Source: Lingula anatina (taxonomy: Eukaryota; Animalia; Brachiopoda). Taken from it: 64,000 nt of DNA. The DNA is taken from positions 14,792,644 through 14,856,643 of the forward strand of contig CM120643.1 of assembly GCA_051362555.1 (NCBI GenBank). The letters are read 5' to 3'. The first letter of the stretch is position 1. Every line of letters begins with the position of its first letter. This document shows positions 27,951-42,000 of the stretch, piece by piece. The notes beneath the pieces were generated by a model, which was given only the letters and a program-made list of their open reading frames with translations, had not been told where the DNA came from and made no database searches. The position numbers and the translations under genes are program-made.

Positions 27951-30900
27951 TTAAGCAACGGTGTATTTGAGTAAGCCCGTGAAGGAAGAATCCGTTTTCT
28001 TGTAAACGCTGACATCTCCTTTGACGCCAGCTGTCTGAAGAGTTCCCTCCCAGATGTCGTCTGCCCCCTTTTCCAGATGGTTCCAATTATTCCCTGCAAC
28101 CACGGCGACGTCTTCCGTGTTTGGAACACGGATTCTGAACTTTACTTCAGAATCTGCAGGTAATTGACCTGTCATTGGCTCGAGGAGTTGACATTCATTG
28201 AACGCTGTGTAGGTATCTGGAAATGTCGCTGGCGTTGTAGGCGTGACATTGCTATCAATCAGAAAATCGCCGACATGCTCGTAAGAGGCACCTCCCTGGT
28301 CGTCGGCTGGTTTGGCAAAAAGAGTGAACTTATAGTACTCTGCAGCAGGAACCGCTGCAAGATACGCAAAGCCGTCTTCGGTTTCGGTTCTCATTCCACC
28401 GTTACCCACTACCGAATTTTCAGCCGACTTCACAGAAAACGTAGTTAACAGGGGCACGTTCTTATTGGATTTAAACTCCAGTTTTGCAATGCCCGAGTTG
28501 TCTGGTGTTACGATTGGCTTGGTTCCTTTAAATGTCAATCCCATGTTTATCCCCTTGGCGGTGAGACCCCAAACAAAACTTGTTGGGAAAGGCCCTTTGG
28601 TGTTAGCCACAACGGATGTGCATCTCAAAAGGAATTCTCCCATCCAACCGTATTGGCCATCCTCGTCCACCTCTTTGGCAAACAAAGTCAATTTATAATC
28701 TCCGGGAGAGGGTGGGTTTATCAAGACCGTTGCGTGTTTAAAGTCCTCCTGGTCCATGTAACAACACGTGAACTGTTTATAGTCCTGTCCAGAGGCTTTA
28801 TCAACGAGAGTACACATGAGGGCCAGAGCCCTGTCGGCCTTGAAACAAAATTCAATGGGACCCTCAAACTCCACGACAGCATTGTGGTGTGACATGCTCG
28901 CGGGGTCAATGCCAAGGTCAAAGAATGACGGTTTCAGCATTGGAGATTCTTGAAATTGTGTCAAGGTCCATGGAGAAGCAAGTAGCTGCCAGTCGTCGCT
29001 GTTGCTTCTGGTCTTCTCGTGTGGGAAATGGCTGTATACAAATGCCTCCGGATCCGTTAGGAAGTAAAACTCTTGGAACTTGAACTGTACAGAAAAAAAG
29101 GGTCTTTGATAATTTCATGAAAGAGTTGTACTTCAGTCTGTTGGGATTAAGGTTTAAATGAGGGAATTAGTCAATATTGTCCCCTGTATTTAAGGTTCTA
29201 ATAAAACCGCTTTTACGATAGGAATTAAATATGAACAGTTATTATGTATCTATCAAATAAAGCATGGTAACTTATAGAGGTATATAAAACACATATTTAT
29301 ATATATGTAGAAGTAAACTAGTTTTTGACGCCACCGGCTTGCGTAAGTTATTTAAAAAAGTGCTGCGGTCCAGTGGGAGATCACCTGGATAGGTTGGCTC
29401 ATAACAATGACGTCAAGAATCCTAGCTACTGTTTAGTTTAGCGTTTACCAACGTAAATTCACCGGGTCCTATTTCAAAATGAAATTTTACATTTCCTATT
29501 CGTTTTGATTATTTGGCTACTTTAAACCTACTGTAAACTGATAGTCCCCGCTGAGATTCCCCGTGGCCCAGGTACAGTCCACCAGACGCCAGGCGTTATC
29601 CAGATAGATGGCGTTCCAGGCGTGGTTGGTGTCTTTACCCTCGAGTTGGTCGTCTGGAGTACTGCCGAAACCCTTGGCGTATCCCGATATCACCTCGCAA
29701 GGGATATCTGCAATTCTATAAATATAAAACACACACATATGTATTTGTATATGTACCAGCATCTCTCTCTCTCTCTCTCTCTCTCTCTTTGTGTGTGTGT
29801 GTGTGTGTGTGTGTGTGAGTGTGAGTGTGAGTAAACAGGAGAGAGAGAGAGATAGAGAGGGGAGAGATAATGCTTGATAGCAAAGCTAAATGGATGGAGC
29901 TTTTGTATTATGGCGATTCAGGGTGCAATGGAAGTTAAAAAATACTATATACAGTCAGACATTTATCGCTAGTACATGTAAAATGAGGTAATATGGTCAA
30001 ATTATGCAATAAGAGCTTTATTTGTTTGTTTTATTCGAAGAAATTTTGAATAAATGGTCAAAGTGAAAACATCAAGGTGATAATAAATATGCATTTTCAC
30101 ATATTTACAGTCAAGTACAAGATAAAAAAACTTGCTTACCTGCACATGGCCTGATACAACTTGGCATATCCAGTGCACACTGCACGTCTCCCCTTCAACG
30201 CGCCCTCGGCTGAACAATTTTCATCGCCTGAAACACCGTTTTTGAAACCCTCCCCGTCATACCTACGACAAGAAATTGAATTTCCAAGTTATTGACAAGT
30301 CTTCCCTCTTATTTATTTGCTAACATGTATCTGTTTGCCTTTAACACAGAACATTTTAATTGAACATTTTCTTTCCACTTTAATACCATTACTTAACTTT
30401 AAATCTGATGTAATCCTTTCAACTTCGTATTTCATTTGTAAAGTCTACGGAACATACTTTTGTGGATTTTATTCTCTAAATAAATACATTATTATCATTG
30501 TTTTGAATTCAAGGTGTGTCTCAATAAATCGATTTTCGTTTCTATTTGTTTTATTCATCAAGTGTGTTCTTACATCATGTTGACAGTATACCAAAGTCGT
30601 CTATATTTTTATTATCAAAATCAATTAGAGATATTTCGATTAGGTTCTAGCCCTATTCTACGAAACTCTTAATATAATTTTCAGCTCGCCAATTTCTCAA
30701 CCTTTTTTCATTTCAAATTTGCATTGACTTTTTTTTTTATTTTAAATTTGTTTTGAATTTTTTTTTTATTTGGCCCTCCTGGGATTCCGTAGATTACAGT
30801 CTAATTAAAAATAAAATTTTCAGTTCACCCACTTACTGGATATTGTTGCTGATCCATCGGAACAAAACACGCGCCTTCTCCAAGTTGTTACAACACACCG

Positions 30901-31513
30901 GTGTCAAATACTGGACCAAGCTTTCCATGGAGTCAGCTGCTGACTCCGGTGCCTGATAAGAAGACATCATAAGACAAAAGTTAAACAAAATCCTACTGCA
31001 ATGAATATCCGACACAAAAATGATGATAAATAGGCCTACAACAAGGAATTATATGGAAATCTCAAAAGTACAACGTTATTTAAATTTTTATAAATTGTGG
31101 TGGATGCAACAAGTGGATACATTTTTTAACCCGTGAGAGATTGTCAACTTTCGTAAGCATTATTTCTTGTGAATTCCACGCATATGTTTATCAACTATTG
31201 TTCACAACTTGGTCAGTCGTATATTGACCGGCAACTAATTATTTTCAATCATCCGTACTTTAAAAATTGATTCAACATATACTCACCTGTAGTGCATGTT
31301 GATCAATGGTATTGAATATGGTCAAATCTGGGATGTACTCTTTCTTCTTGGTGGCTGGTGGACAGGGTTCGGGCGGGGACCCGCTCTCGTTTGACGTCGA
31401 AATGTTCCCTACCGTCACCGGTAAAGATCCCACGTCATTTTTGACAACAGCCGTGTCAGAAGTGGTGGTCAGGGGTTGTTGTTGTTGTTGCTGTTGTTGT
31501 TGCTGTTGTTGTT

Positions 31514-31544
<31 letters not shown>

Positions 31545-31652
31545 TTGTTGTTGTTGTTTTTGCTGATCTCGTCTTTGCTCTGCCTTTTGATAATGAGTGA
31601 GCTGTCGCCCAGCATTTTCATCGGCTGTGGTTTTAGACGCTCCACACCCCAT
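27951..31652 (-). CDS. KY: Kyphoscoliosis peptidase (KY)/hillarin-like transglutaminase-superfamily protein with N-terminal acylation motif and polyQ; 640 aa
   Basis: Minus-strand exons 31652-31287, 30952-30837, 30262-30140, 29715-29532, 29084-27951 (1923 nt, phases 0/2/2/0). Motifs: EKARVLFRWISNNIQYD, AVCTGYAKLY (Cys), CEVISGYAKG, NHAWNAI (His), WRLVDCTW (Asp), EFYFLTDP..HFP..WQLL, followed by beta-sandwich repeats (PSPGDYKLTLFAK; AEYYKFTLFAK; LLEPMTGQLP..FRIRVP). The symbol denotes the family, not proven orthology. Probable 5'UTR intron about 31676-31904. Confidence 0.93.
31476..31556 (-). repeat. Coding CAA/CAG repeat (Q27) in the first coding exon of the KY-like gene
   Basis: 81 nt of TTG/CTG on the plus strand, in frame in the MGCGASK exon. 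Confidence 0.9.
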
Positions 31653-34600
31653 TGCTGTGGTGCTACAACCCTACACTGAAAGAGAAAATCCCTCTGAGAA
31701 GCAATGTATTGACAAACCCTTATATACAGCATGTCTTGAAACCACTGTTCTTTATCTGCCCTCTCTCTCTCTCAACCCCCACCCCCCCCCCCCCCCACAC
31801 ACACACTCACCTACATATTGTACATGTACATCTACATGTAGATAAGGTTTACAAAATAAACCTATGATCGTCTGTACCACACAAAACAAATCCACACAAC
31901 ATACCTCGTAATTCTTATCAAATTGACGCTGTTGCCAGTCAGTTTATCTTAAAAACCAAGTATAAAAACTGCTGCAGATATAACCCACACCCCGTTATAA
32001 CCACAGCAGATTTGACAGCCTGTGCTCAGGCCAAGTACTACTAAGACCCTGCTAATACGATAGCGCATGGAAACTGCTTACAACAAAGACTGGCCGTCAC
32101 AATGCCCACAACCGATACGTTATTAGTAACCACAGGTTACATATGCTACGTTTGACCTGTACAATTGTTGTTGATATAATATCAAGAACGTGTAGCACGA
32201 CCTAGAGACCGTGTAAACAGAGAGTCGGTGAACTCTCTGTTTCAGAAACCAGGGTCGTGTTTCTGAAATTAGGTGTCCTCATAATATTACCCCCCCCCCC
32301 CCCGACATGACACAGTCCGTGTTATTCAGAGTTCAGGGGGGGGGGGAGGGGGGGGGGGCTTTTGTTATAGAAGAGTAGGAGAGATTAACCAACCATTTTG
32401 GATAGCATTCGCACGCTATTTTAATATTAATATTAATTTTTAATATTTTATTTGTTAGTATTAAAATACTTACAAAATTTTGACTGACCCGGTACTTAAG
32501 GGGTATTTTACGTTATTTTACTGATTCATTTTGCCTTCAATATCAAGTACATTTTTCACAATGTCTGATGCATGCATAACCCAGGGTTTTTTTCCATCAA
32601 GGGCTCTAAAATAATTTGTACTCTTTAAACATCATGTTTATAGAGCACAAAATTATCTTAGTTTTATATGATAACAGTTAATAGCTTGAGAGGGCTATAT
32701 TACTAGAACCAAAGTCGTATCTGATATGAGACAATTATTGAAAATGAAGATTTACAGTAGTCGTAGCACTGTCCAAGATTTTTGTTAATTTAAAACCAAA
32801 CAGCGCTTTAAAGGTTGAGAAATTGGACTTAATACTCAAACCCTCTGATGTGCAAGCGGTTACGCAAACTACTGGACGAATATATCGGATCCCAACTACA
32901 GCAATCAAATAATATTGTACGACATACATAGCATCAGGAGAAAGAGCGAGCGATGCGATTCAGACGTTACGCGCGAGAGGGTATGAAAGGGCTTCTGATA
33001 TAAGTCTTGTATTTGCATAGAATAAATAAATAATATGCTCATCTATTGAAGAGCTGCTATACACATGCGAAGGGATACTTTGTTCCGCCTGGGGTTCCCC
33101 ATCTAGATGCTGATTGAATGAAACGCAAGCGATGCTTGGTGGAATAGGAGAAAGGGAAAGGTTTACACTTTATAGAGATCAATTTATTCACCCAAATCTC
33201 TTGGTTGGGAAAATTATCACGGGCATAGGTTGACTGCAATAATTTTGGCCTTTTCCCAAACTGACAGAATTAATAAATGCCGTCTTTCAAGGATACGTGT
33301 GACTACAGTACTGATAGGTTCATTTTTGGATTAAATTCTATAAATATAAAAATAAACAGTGATATTCTCGTGTTTTATTACCATAGCCTATTAGTAACAT
33401 GTTTCACACACACATCTGAATAACTCTTTACTACTGCTTTAAAATAAACACCGTTTCTGAATACCACATTTGAACCCATTTAACTTCTGAACCAATCTTT
33501 GGCAATTCTGCTGATTACGACAATTTTCCTGTTTCTGAATACGTTATATCTTAAGTTTTAGCCAGAATATATGAACGGGTAGGTTTAAGTATTTTAATAT
33601 AAATTCCCCACACATTTTAAAAGCAACTGTTTTAGTTCAAAACAAGTGTCACTTTTACTTGGTTTTCTACATATTCATCTAACCAGCACCTCTGAACAAA
33701 TAAAATTATGAAATATTAGAAACATTTGCTAAAAAATTCTAAAATATATAACCACATATAACTTCCACAGTTTGAAACCTGTATTAAGGATGGGAAAATA
33801 CCACCACTTTCTGTCAACAAACATTAAGTTTCTACTCTCTCTCTCTCTCTGCATAAAAAGATCTTTCTCAAGATCTCGAGATGTTTACATTCTAATTTGT
33901 AAACCTTCATAACGATTAGAAATACATTTAGTCTCCTTTATTACATATGGAAGCCTTAGAATGCAATATATTAATTATAACCTGAATATTGCACAGTGCA
34001 TTGCATAAGCATATTATAGGCCTGCACCTCCCACCGCCCTAAAAAAAATATGAAATTTGTTGGGGGAAATTAACTACTGTAACAGTTTTTATATATATAT
34101 ATATATATATGAAACGCAAGCGATGCCTGGTGGAACAGGAGAAAGGGAAAGGTTTACACTTTATAGAGATCAATTTATATATATATATATGATTTTAAAG
34201 AAAATTAAAATTCTTCAATATTTTCTAAGTAAGGGCATAGAAAGGAAACTAGGAGGGAGTGCAAATTAATCGTCCTTATTTTTTTTATCCTATATCCCTT
34301 TACGATATTATATTATGAAAACTTAAAAAATAAACAGTTCTCTTAATTTACAACTGCCAGCTACTGTAACAAAATATAGATATAATTTGACAAGTTATAT
34401 CTAATGTAAAGGATCAAATTCTACCAACATACATAATGCATATGTTCCAAATACACACAATCACACACACATTATTTCTAACATTTAAGTTTATGACAAA
34501 TAGAAATTAAGATGAAAAAGTATTTGGGTTATGTTCAGTTAAATATGTATAGAATATAAGGAAAATACACATTTACAGCTGCATAAACACAAACAAAATT

Positions 34601-35864
34601 GTGGATTTCAAAAAAAAAAAAAAATTAACATCAAGGTCAACATGACACAAACAGAAAAAATTCAAAATGAAAACTGAGGAAGCCCTTTCAAATAAAATTT
34701 ACACATTTTGTTTACAAATAAAACTTGGCATTGAATACAAGTTCAGAAACTCAAAACAATGACAAAGCCACTTCTTAGATTAAAAACTATGAAAATATAA
34801 TACTATATTCTCACATCCAAAAACAACTTGATACTTTGTTGACCTAATTATCAGATCACATCACATTATTGACTGTTAAGTCTGTATGCTATTTAGATTT
34901 TGAGATTCTGCATTTTCTAATTTTGGCGGGATATATATTTTTTTATTTGTGAAAACTCAGAGATATTATGACCACTTTCTTTCTAAACACTTTGATACTT
35001 TATCACTACCTATTGGTAAATAACAGCACTCTTACTGTCTTTATTCAATAAATTCAAACAACATAAATCAGATAATAAACTATTAACCTACCCCAACCAA
35101 AATTGTAGGTGATACTTAAAATGTAGATCCAAGAGTTGTGAAAAATTAGTTGGCAATATGTTAAAAATGGACAATGTTGTAAGCATTTGGAATTCAAATT
35201 TTGTAAAGTAAGAAATATTAGTAACAGTGAGATGATTCAACATATTGAATAATTACCATAAATTTGAGTGCATAACTTGAAATTTGCAATTTCATCAGTA
35301 ACACTTCTTTGCCTATACTATTCAACACTGCCCTATCCCAGGAACTTGGAAATCATTTCTATTATTACACTTCTTCTTATAAATAATAAGGAACGGTTGT
35401 AAGGCATCAAATAGCAACCAAATTCCTGTTAATCTTTTGAAACATCATTGCTCTTCATCGCTATTTACTGATAAACAAAACGGACGTGGTTTAATTGCTT
35501 ATCTTACACCTGATCAAATAGAAAATCTTTCCAAATAAATGTGGCCAGGCAAATTATGCATTTTTTTTAAATAAGTTATCAAAATAATATCATAATGCTG
35601 TAACCATACTGTCACATGACCATGAAGTATTGACTTCATTAAATCATACAGCATCTATACCATGCTTAACATGGTGAAAAATAACAAATAAAAAGCTTGC
35701 TAACACAAAAATTTAAAATCAGATTGCAGTCCCTCCTACAGAAACTTTTAATGCTTTCTGCAAGAAGGCTGCAAGTCAACTGTATGTTTGCAATATGAAG
35801 ACATATCCACCAGTTTGTATAAATATGTCTCATCTTTTCCTTTGGAATGTTTTTAACATTGGGT

Positions 35865-38800
35865 TTAGTCAAACTCTGACCCGATTGTGATGCTCATGTC
35901 GCTGCCTTCGATCAAAGTGGAGTGAAACCAGGCATTTGTGTCCAGGACAACTGAAATATAAATTAAAGATTTGAGTTGATTTTTAACTTACATTTAACAC
36001 TATACAGGATTGTTACTTTATATTTACACTTTCTACCTAAACTGGCAAAAAAGTAATGTAAACTGGTATAGCTAAGTGGATAAAGAAAAATTGATAAAAT
36101 TTCCTAGAAAATTATCCTTTTATTTCATTTAATTAATTTTATTATAATTTTATTATTTTCATTTTAATGATTTTTTTTTGCTTTATAAAGTCTAATGTGA
36201 ACAGTATGCCACTACTAGTAACATTTTTAACTACAAAATGTGTACAGAGAAATATTATTCAAATATGATATGAGGTAACAATAAGGATATGTACATAGCA
36301 GTAAAAATCTTAAGTAGTAGAAGATATCGATATCTGTTAACTATGCGTGTGCATGTGCCTGTATGCGTGCGTCTGTCCCTGGGTGGATGTGTTTCACTTA
36401 TTTCAACGTAGTAATTAACTCACTGATGTCTCCTGGTTTGACGACCACCTCTATTCGGGGAACGCACTCCTTGTAACACTCAGGAGGAGGCTCCAGGGTC
36501 CACCGCTTGGTCCCCGTAATCTGGGCCTGCCATGACGGGTTCCCCACATTATCAATCTGAAATACAAAACATAGACACTTAGTTACTGTTTCTCTTAAAA
36601 GAGGACGCCACTATCCAGTGACACTGTACACAATGACATCAGCAAAGTACCTGGACTGATTACCAAATTAATCAGAGTGAAAGACTTATTTGACACTCTT
36701 TTAAAAAACATCATGAAAATTCAAGTACCCAAGGCCATAGCTCTTTATCCAGTCCAGGAGAATTTCGATTCTTATTAACATCACTCAAAGATTTGTCAAC
36801 AGACAAGTTCATGATGAAAGATGGCATCTTTAAGGATAGTTTCTCTTCAATGTGGGCACCAGTATCTGGTATCAAGTAATGCTAACACAAGGCTATTGAC
36901 TTCTTTATTCTCCTTTTATTGTACTTCCAGACTGTTTACATTATCATGAGGTTGCCCACAACGTAAAGCATGATTTGGCTCACCAACATAATTACCTGAA
37001 ACTATCCCTCCCTTTCCAGTGCTTAAACTTAAAATGTAAATGAAATTGATTAAACCCGTGAATTCAGGTACAGAATTGTTTATGGCAATGTCATTTTACT
37101 TTTCTAATAATAATCAGAACTGAAATGAAGCAGATACTGTACAGGTTTGAGACAGACACCACCGCCATCTTTTCCCAAAAATTGCGAAGAAATATCTCGG
37201 CAGGTTTAGTGCTTGTCAACACGTTTCCCCTTTCACTGACAACATATTATTAGGTAAACAAAGAGAATGTCCCTTTAACAGCAGCATGTGGGTCACAGAC
37301 TGGTGGAGAAGAGAGTGGAAGTATAATAATAACAACTGTGGATAGAATTTAGCTGCCATTTTCACACTATACATTCAGTCGGCTTATTCAGGGTCAGTCA
37401 TGCATCCGCTGAGGTGTTCATCTTCGCATTCAGGCATTCAGCCTCACCATCAGTGTGTATGTCAATACCTGGTACTTCACCATGTTAAAAGACCCAGAGG
37501 ACACTGCTATATTATGGGGGCATACTGTATTTTTTTTTAATTATTCTTAGACTGTTTTATAACTAGGAAATTGACAGTTGCAAAAGTCCTGTTTTCAGGA
37601 CGCCTAAATAATCCCTTCATGTTATTATAATTAAATCTTTATTTGTTACTTCTTATGAACAATCAGCACAGCTTTTTTTCACAAAAAAGTTTTTGGTCGA
37701 ACTAGGCACCAGCATCACATTGTGCAACCACTTAAAAACACAACCGATTATCATACCGCGGTATATTGACAAAACCATGAACCTCCTACATGATCTTTTT
37801 TTGAAGCATACCTGTAAAAGCTTACATCCTGACTTCATCAGTCACACTGATGTCAAAAGAATGCCCATTGTGACCAGTGACCATCTAGTGAGAATTGCAC
37901 TCGGACTAGAAACAGGTTGCAATTCCCAACACCTTACCCAGGCCTACCCAACTACCAGACTCGGCACATAAGGATCCTGAATTAACCGGTATATTGGACC
38001 ACACTACCCATTTTCAAGGTGTGTGTCAGATCGCATTTCGGAGTATCAGTCAGAACACCGACAGGATGAGCCTGCAGTCGTCCTACAAAAATTGTTCTAG
38101 GGTATGATACTCCGAAATGCGATCTGACACACACCTTGAAAACAGGTAGTGTGGTCCGATATACCGGTCAATTCAGGATCCTTATATGCCGAGTCTGGTA
38201 GTTGGGTAGGCCTGTTACCCCCACCCTCCTTGTTCAGAGATGGTCATATTTTTCTAAATATGATTGACAATACTACACAGATTAACATCCATCAGAACAA
38301 CAGAATATCTTCTCCCAGTCAATACTAAAACATTCTTGATTAAAACAGACCTGACAACGGCCTTTGTCCATGATACCATATGGTGTACGTAGTATTGTAC
38401 TGGTAAGTGAATAACTTTGTTTCACCATTCTAAACAAAGAGACCATTGTAGCTTAAATGTCATTTTTATTTGCTGTCTAGCTCACAAAACACTAGAAATC
38501 ATAACATTCAAAACTTGCTCAAACTTGTTATAATTATAATAACTATGCCTTCATTATGTGATGCTTTCTTTACTTATGATTTACTACTGATTAATATCTC
38601 CTGAAGCTCAAAAGTAGACAAAACACAAATGACTTTGGTTATGAACAGTAAAGAATCCATGGCTGTTGTGGCAAACACTTCTATGTCTTAATTTACACTG
38701 ATTAACACAACATCATAATGCCAAATTTAGAGGAGTTCTTATCTGCAGCTACATGTATCTTTGATTACTTTACTGCATGCTTCTGAGGAAACAACAAAAA

Positions 38801-38980
38801 GACAACTTCAAAGAGTCAAATTTCTTTTTTGGAATCTTCTATTTTTTCTATTCATATCTTTCCCTTGAAATACTTGATATCAATTATTTATCATATTTCC
38901 TCCTTGGAAAATGTAAAATCAGTTAATATTTCTCAAGTTTTCCATAGAATACTTAACAAACAGTATTCTCAGGTATCAGA

Positions 38981-39018
<38 letters not shown>

Positions 39019-42000
39019 TCAACAACATATGCCTAAAATATTTTTTTTAACTTAATGTTTAAAAATATAATTTCTTTCACCATCATTTATTCTTTTCAAA
39101 ATAGAATCACAAAAACAGTTTTAAAATACCACTGCTTTCATAATTTGATTCAAAAGACAGTTTTTGAAAAATTAAATGTCTTCCTTTTAACCTTGGCTTA
39201 AAATATACCCCAAAAGTGAGTAGAAAATACTCAGCCCAGACAAAACTTAATTGAAATTTCACACCTTCATCTTTACAGGTAATTTCCGCTACTTTAACTG
39301 CAATCAATAACAGCACAGAGATGGTGCCCCGATCTACTTCTGCTCACATATCGTGTTTAAAACCAATAATGAGTTTTTTGTGTGACTCTAGTACTTGAAA
39401 CAGTGTGGGATATTTTGGCTGTCAATTTCTCCAAAATATTTTCCAAAATTGACTGAAAACCTTTAATTATTAATAAATAGCGGGTTTTCCACTGAGGTAA
39501 TCCAAAATAAAGATTGGTATTTCCAAATGGAGAAAAAAGCTACAGAAAATATTCATATATAAATGAGCTATAATATATCAAGAAGGTGCAAATGTAAAGG
39601 AGCAAAAGTTTCAGATCCAAATGGACCCAGCTCATTTACAGGTTTTCGTTTTATGCCTGCTTAGATTGAGATATTGATATATGAAGGAATCTTGCATGTG
39701 TTAGAGTATGGTTGAGCTTAAAAGCACTTCTATCCACATTTAAGTGCACTAGCACATTATTTCAAGCAAAAGAACGTTGGGATTTATTGAAACGTGATGA
39801 GTATGTACAATTTGTGAATCTGAAGTTAATTGAAATAACCCCAAGATAAAAAACACATTTACTTTTTTACAAATATGCAAAAAGTACATTAATTTTTTTT
39901 ATAAATATGTAACAAAATGCATATCAAAACATAACATCACTGATTGGTGTCAGATACTTAGGGATCTACTTTTAGTTACACAACTGAATCCACAGTGCAT
40001 CATACACATAATAACCAATACAAACACTGCCATTTCAAGAAATAAAAAAGCAACTTTTATTAGTAACATATAGAGCAGAGACTATGGTCAAAAAAAGTCG
40101 TAGAACTTTCGGTTTTCAAAAGAAGGTGCATGTGACAGTGAAAGTAGTGGACATATATGCATTCCATTACATTTAATTAATATAAGCACCATTTTCTAGG
40201 TTTTGGGGTGTGTGAAAAATCCATGATTCTCTACCCCCAGTGAAGTGTTATTATAATATATACACGGGTTTCTAAATTTGCAATATTATCATTCATTTTT
40301 GACAGAATGGGGTTTTGACCCCCAACCCTCTCTCATTCACGTTACACCCCTCCCCTTCAGACCCTTCACAAAGAATTATCTTAACATAGAGACGTGAAAA
40401 TATAGTAGAGTCTGCCTTAATCTTCACTTGACACAAAAAATTAATTGTTTATCTTAAACAAAATCTTGCAGCAAGGGTGTTTTCTCTGGCATAAGTGGAA
40501 ACATTTTGCCTGACATAAGCTACAGAACTCTAGCAAATGTTCTGGTCTTAAAGTGCCTGTATTAACCCCATAGAGCCTGACAGCATCTGACCTAGAAAGT
40601 GCTCCTGGTCCTGAGCCCTCTACCATGATGCACTCAATTTTATAGGCGGTCTCATTTAATCAAAGATAATGTATTCACTTGTCTAGAGAACGCCCAAGAA
40701 CTGTACATTTTTAGAAAGCTAAGATTGTAAGCTTTAAAGTCATATCAGTTTTATTCACATTTGCCAACTTAGGTAGAAAAAGCAGGAGTTTAAATATGAA
40801 AATTGTTTTTCTCGAAGAGAAGTAAAAACCAAAACTTTAATTTCAGCATGCACATTCTTTTTCATTTTACCAAATAATTTGTTGAAATTTTCTCATAAAC
40901 ATCTGAAATATGTTTTAAACAATGTCAGAAATTTTCAGAAAGATATCTTATTTAGTTTTTGAGTTATAATAAATTTCCTGGCATGCGTACTGTACCTAAA
41001 AAACCTGCATCACGTCAGAGAGTTGCTGACTAGAAGACTTCCACCTAATTACTTTTATAATTACAAATGGATTGTAAATTAAGTGCCTTTTTCAATGGTT
41101 TTTCATAGTTTTTTTTTTTAATCAACTGAACCAGTATACTCAAAAAATTTTGTTTTGCACTCAAATCATATACAAGACTACAGACATTGTCATGAGCAAA
41201 TATTACACTTTCATGAATAAAAATTGCATCATAAAAATACGAGTAAACGTGGCATTTGTATTAATACACAAGCAGGAAAAGACATGTTGATACAGCACAC
41301 AAGTAAACATTTGTCATTTGTACTTATACATAAGCAGGAAAAGACATGTTGATGCAATATAACGCAACATATGACATTTGTATTTATGCACAAGCAGGAA
41401 AAGACATGTTGATGCAGCACACAGGCAACATTCAGCTTGACTTGTGCCACGGTTACAGTCATTTTATCAGCAATATAGCCATTCCAATTACTATTGTCGT
41501 CTGCCTGGTTACTGCCATTAGTGTCATCAGCGTTTTGCATAAATTAAGCCCCCCGTCCGAATCTGCTCTCTGACAATTATATATATAGCCAAAGGTGTAT
41601 CATCTCTGAAGTTATCGGAGTATCAAAATCTATCAAAGACTCTTCCCCGAAGTCTGAATTTTCTAACAAATCTAGAACATTTCTCAACCCATAACTTCCG
41701 CTGACTTCGCGCCGCCATTTTGACTTCTTAGCGCCTTGACAATGGTTGAAATAAATCGCTTTTTCATTATCTAATTCTCGCTACACGTCTTTCAAAAGCA
41801 GGTAGTAAACAAAAAACTAACATTAAGTTAGTCTTGTGACAGAAGCAGGAATTGTTACAAACGATAGGGGACAGTACAAGCATGTAAACACAGAAACCGC
41901 GTATATGCGGTTCCCGGCACTGAGGACTTTTTGAAATGAACTGCATATGTGCGGTTCCCGGCGCTATGGGGTTAATATGCAGAGTAAAATGGAGTTGTAA

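Noticed and set aside
31306-31732. Poly-Cys, poly-Leu and poly-Asn ORFs
   Set aside because: Alternative frames and antisense of the KY-like polyQ exon.
36062-36085. tRNA A-box-like TAGCTAAGTGG (also TAGCGCAATGG near 55840)
   Set aside because: No B box or cloverleaf follows.
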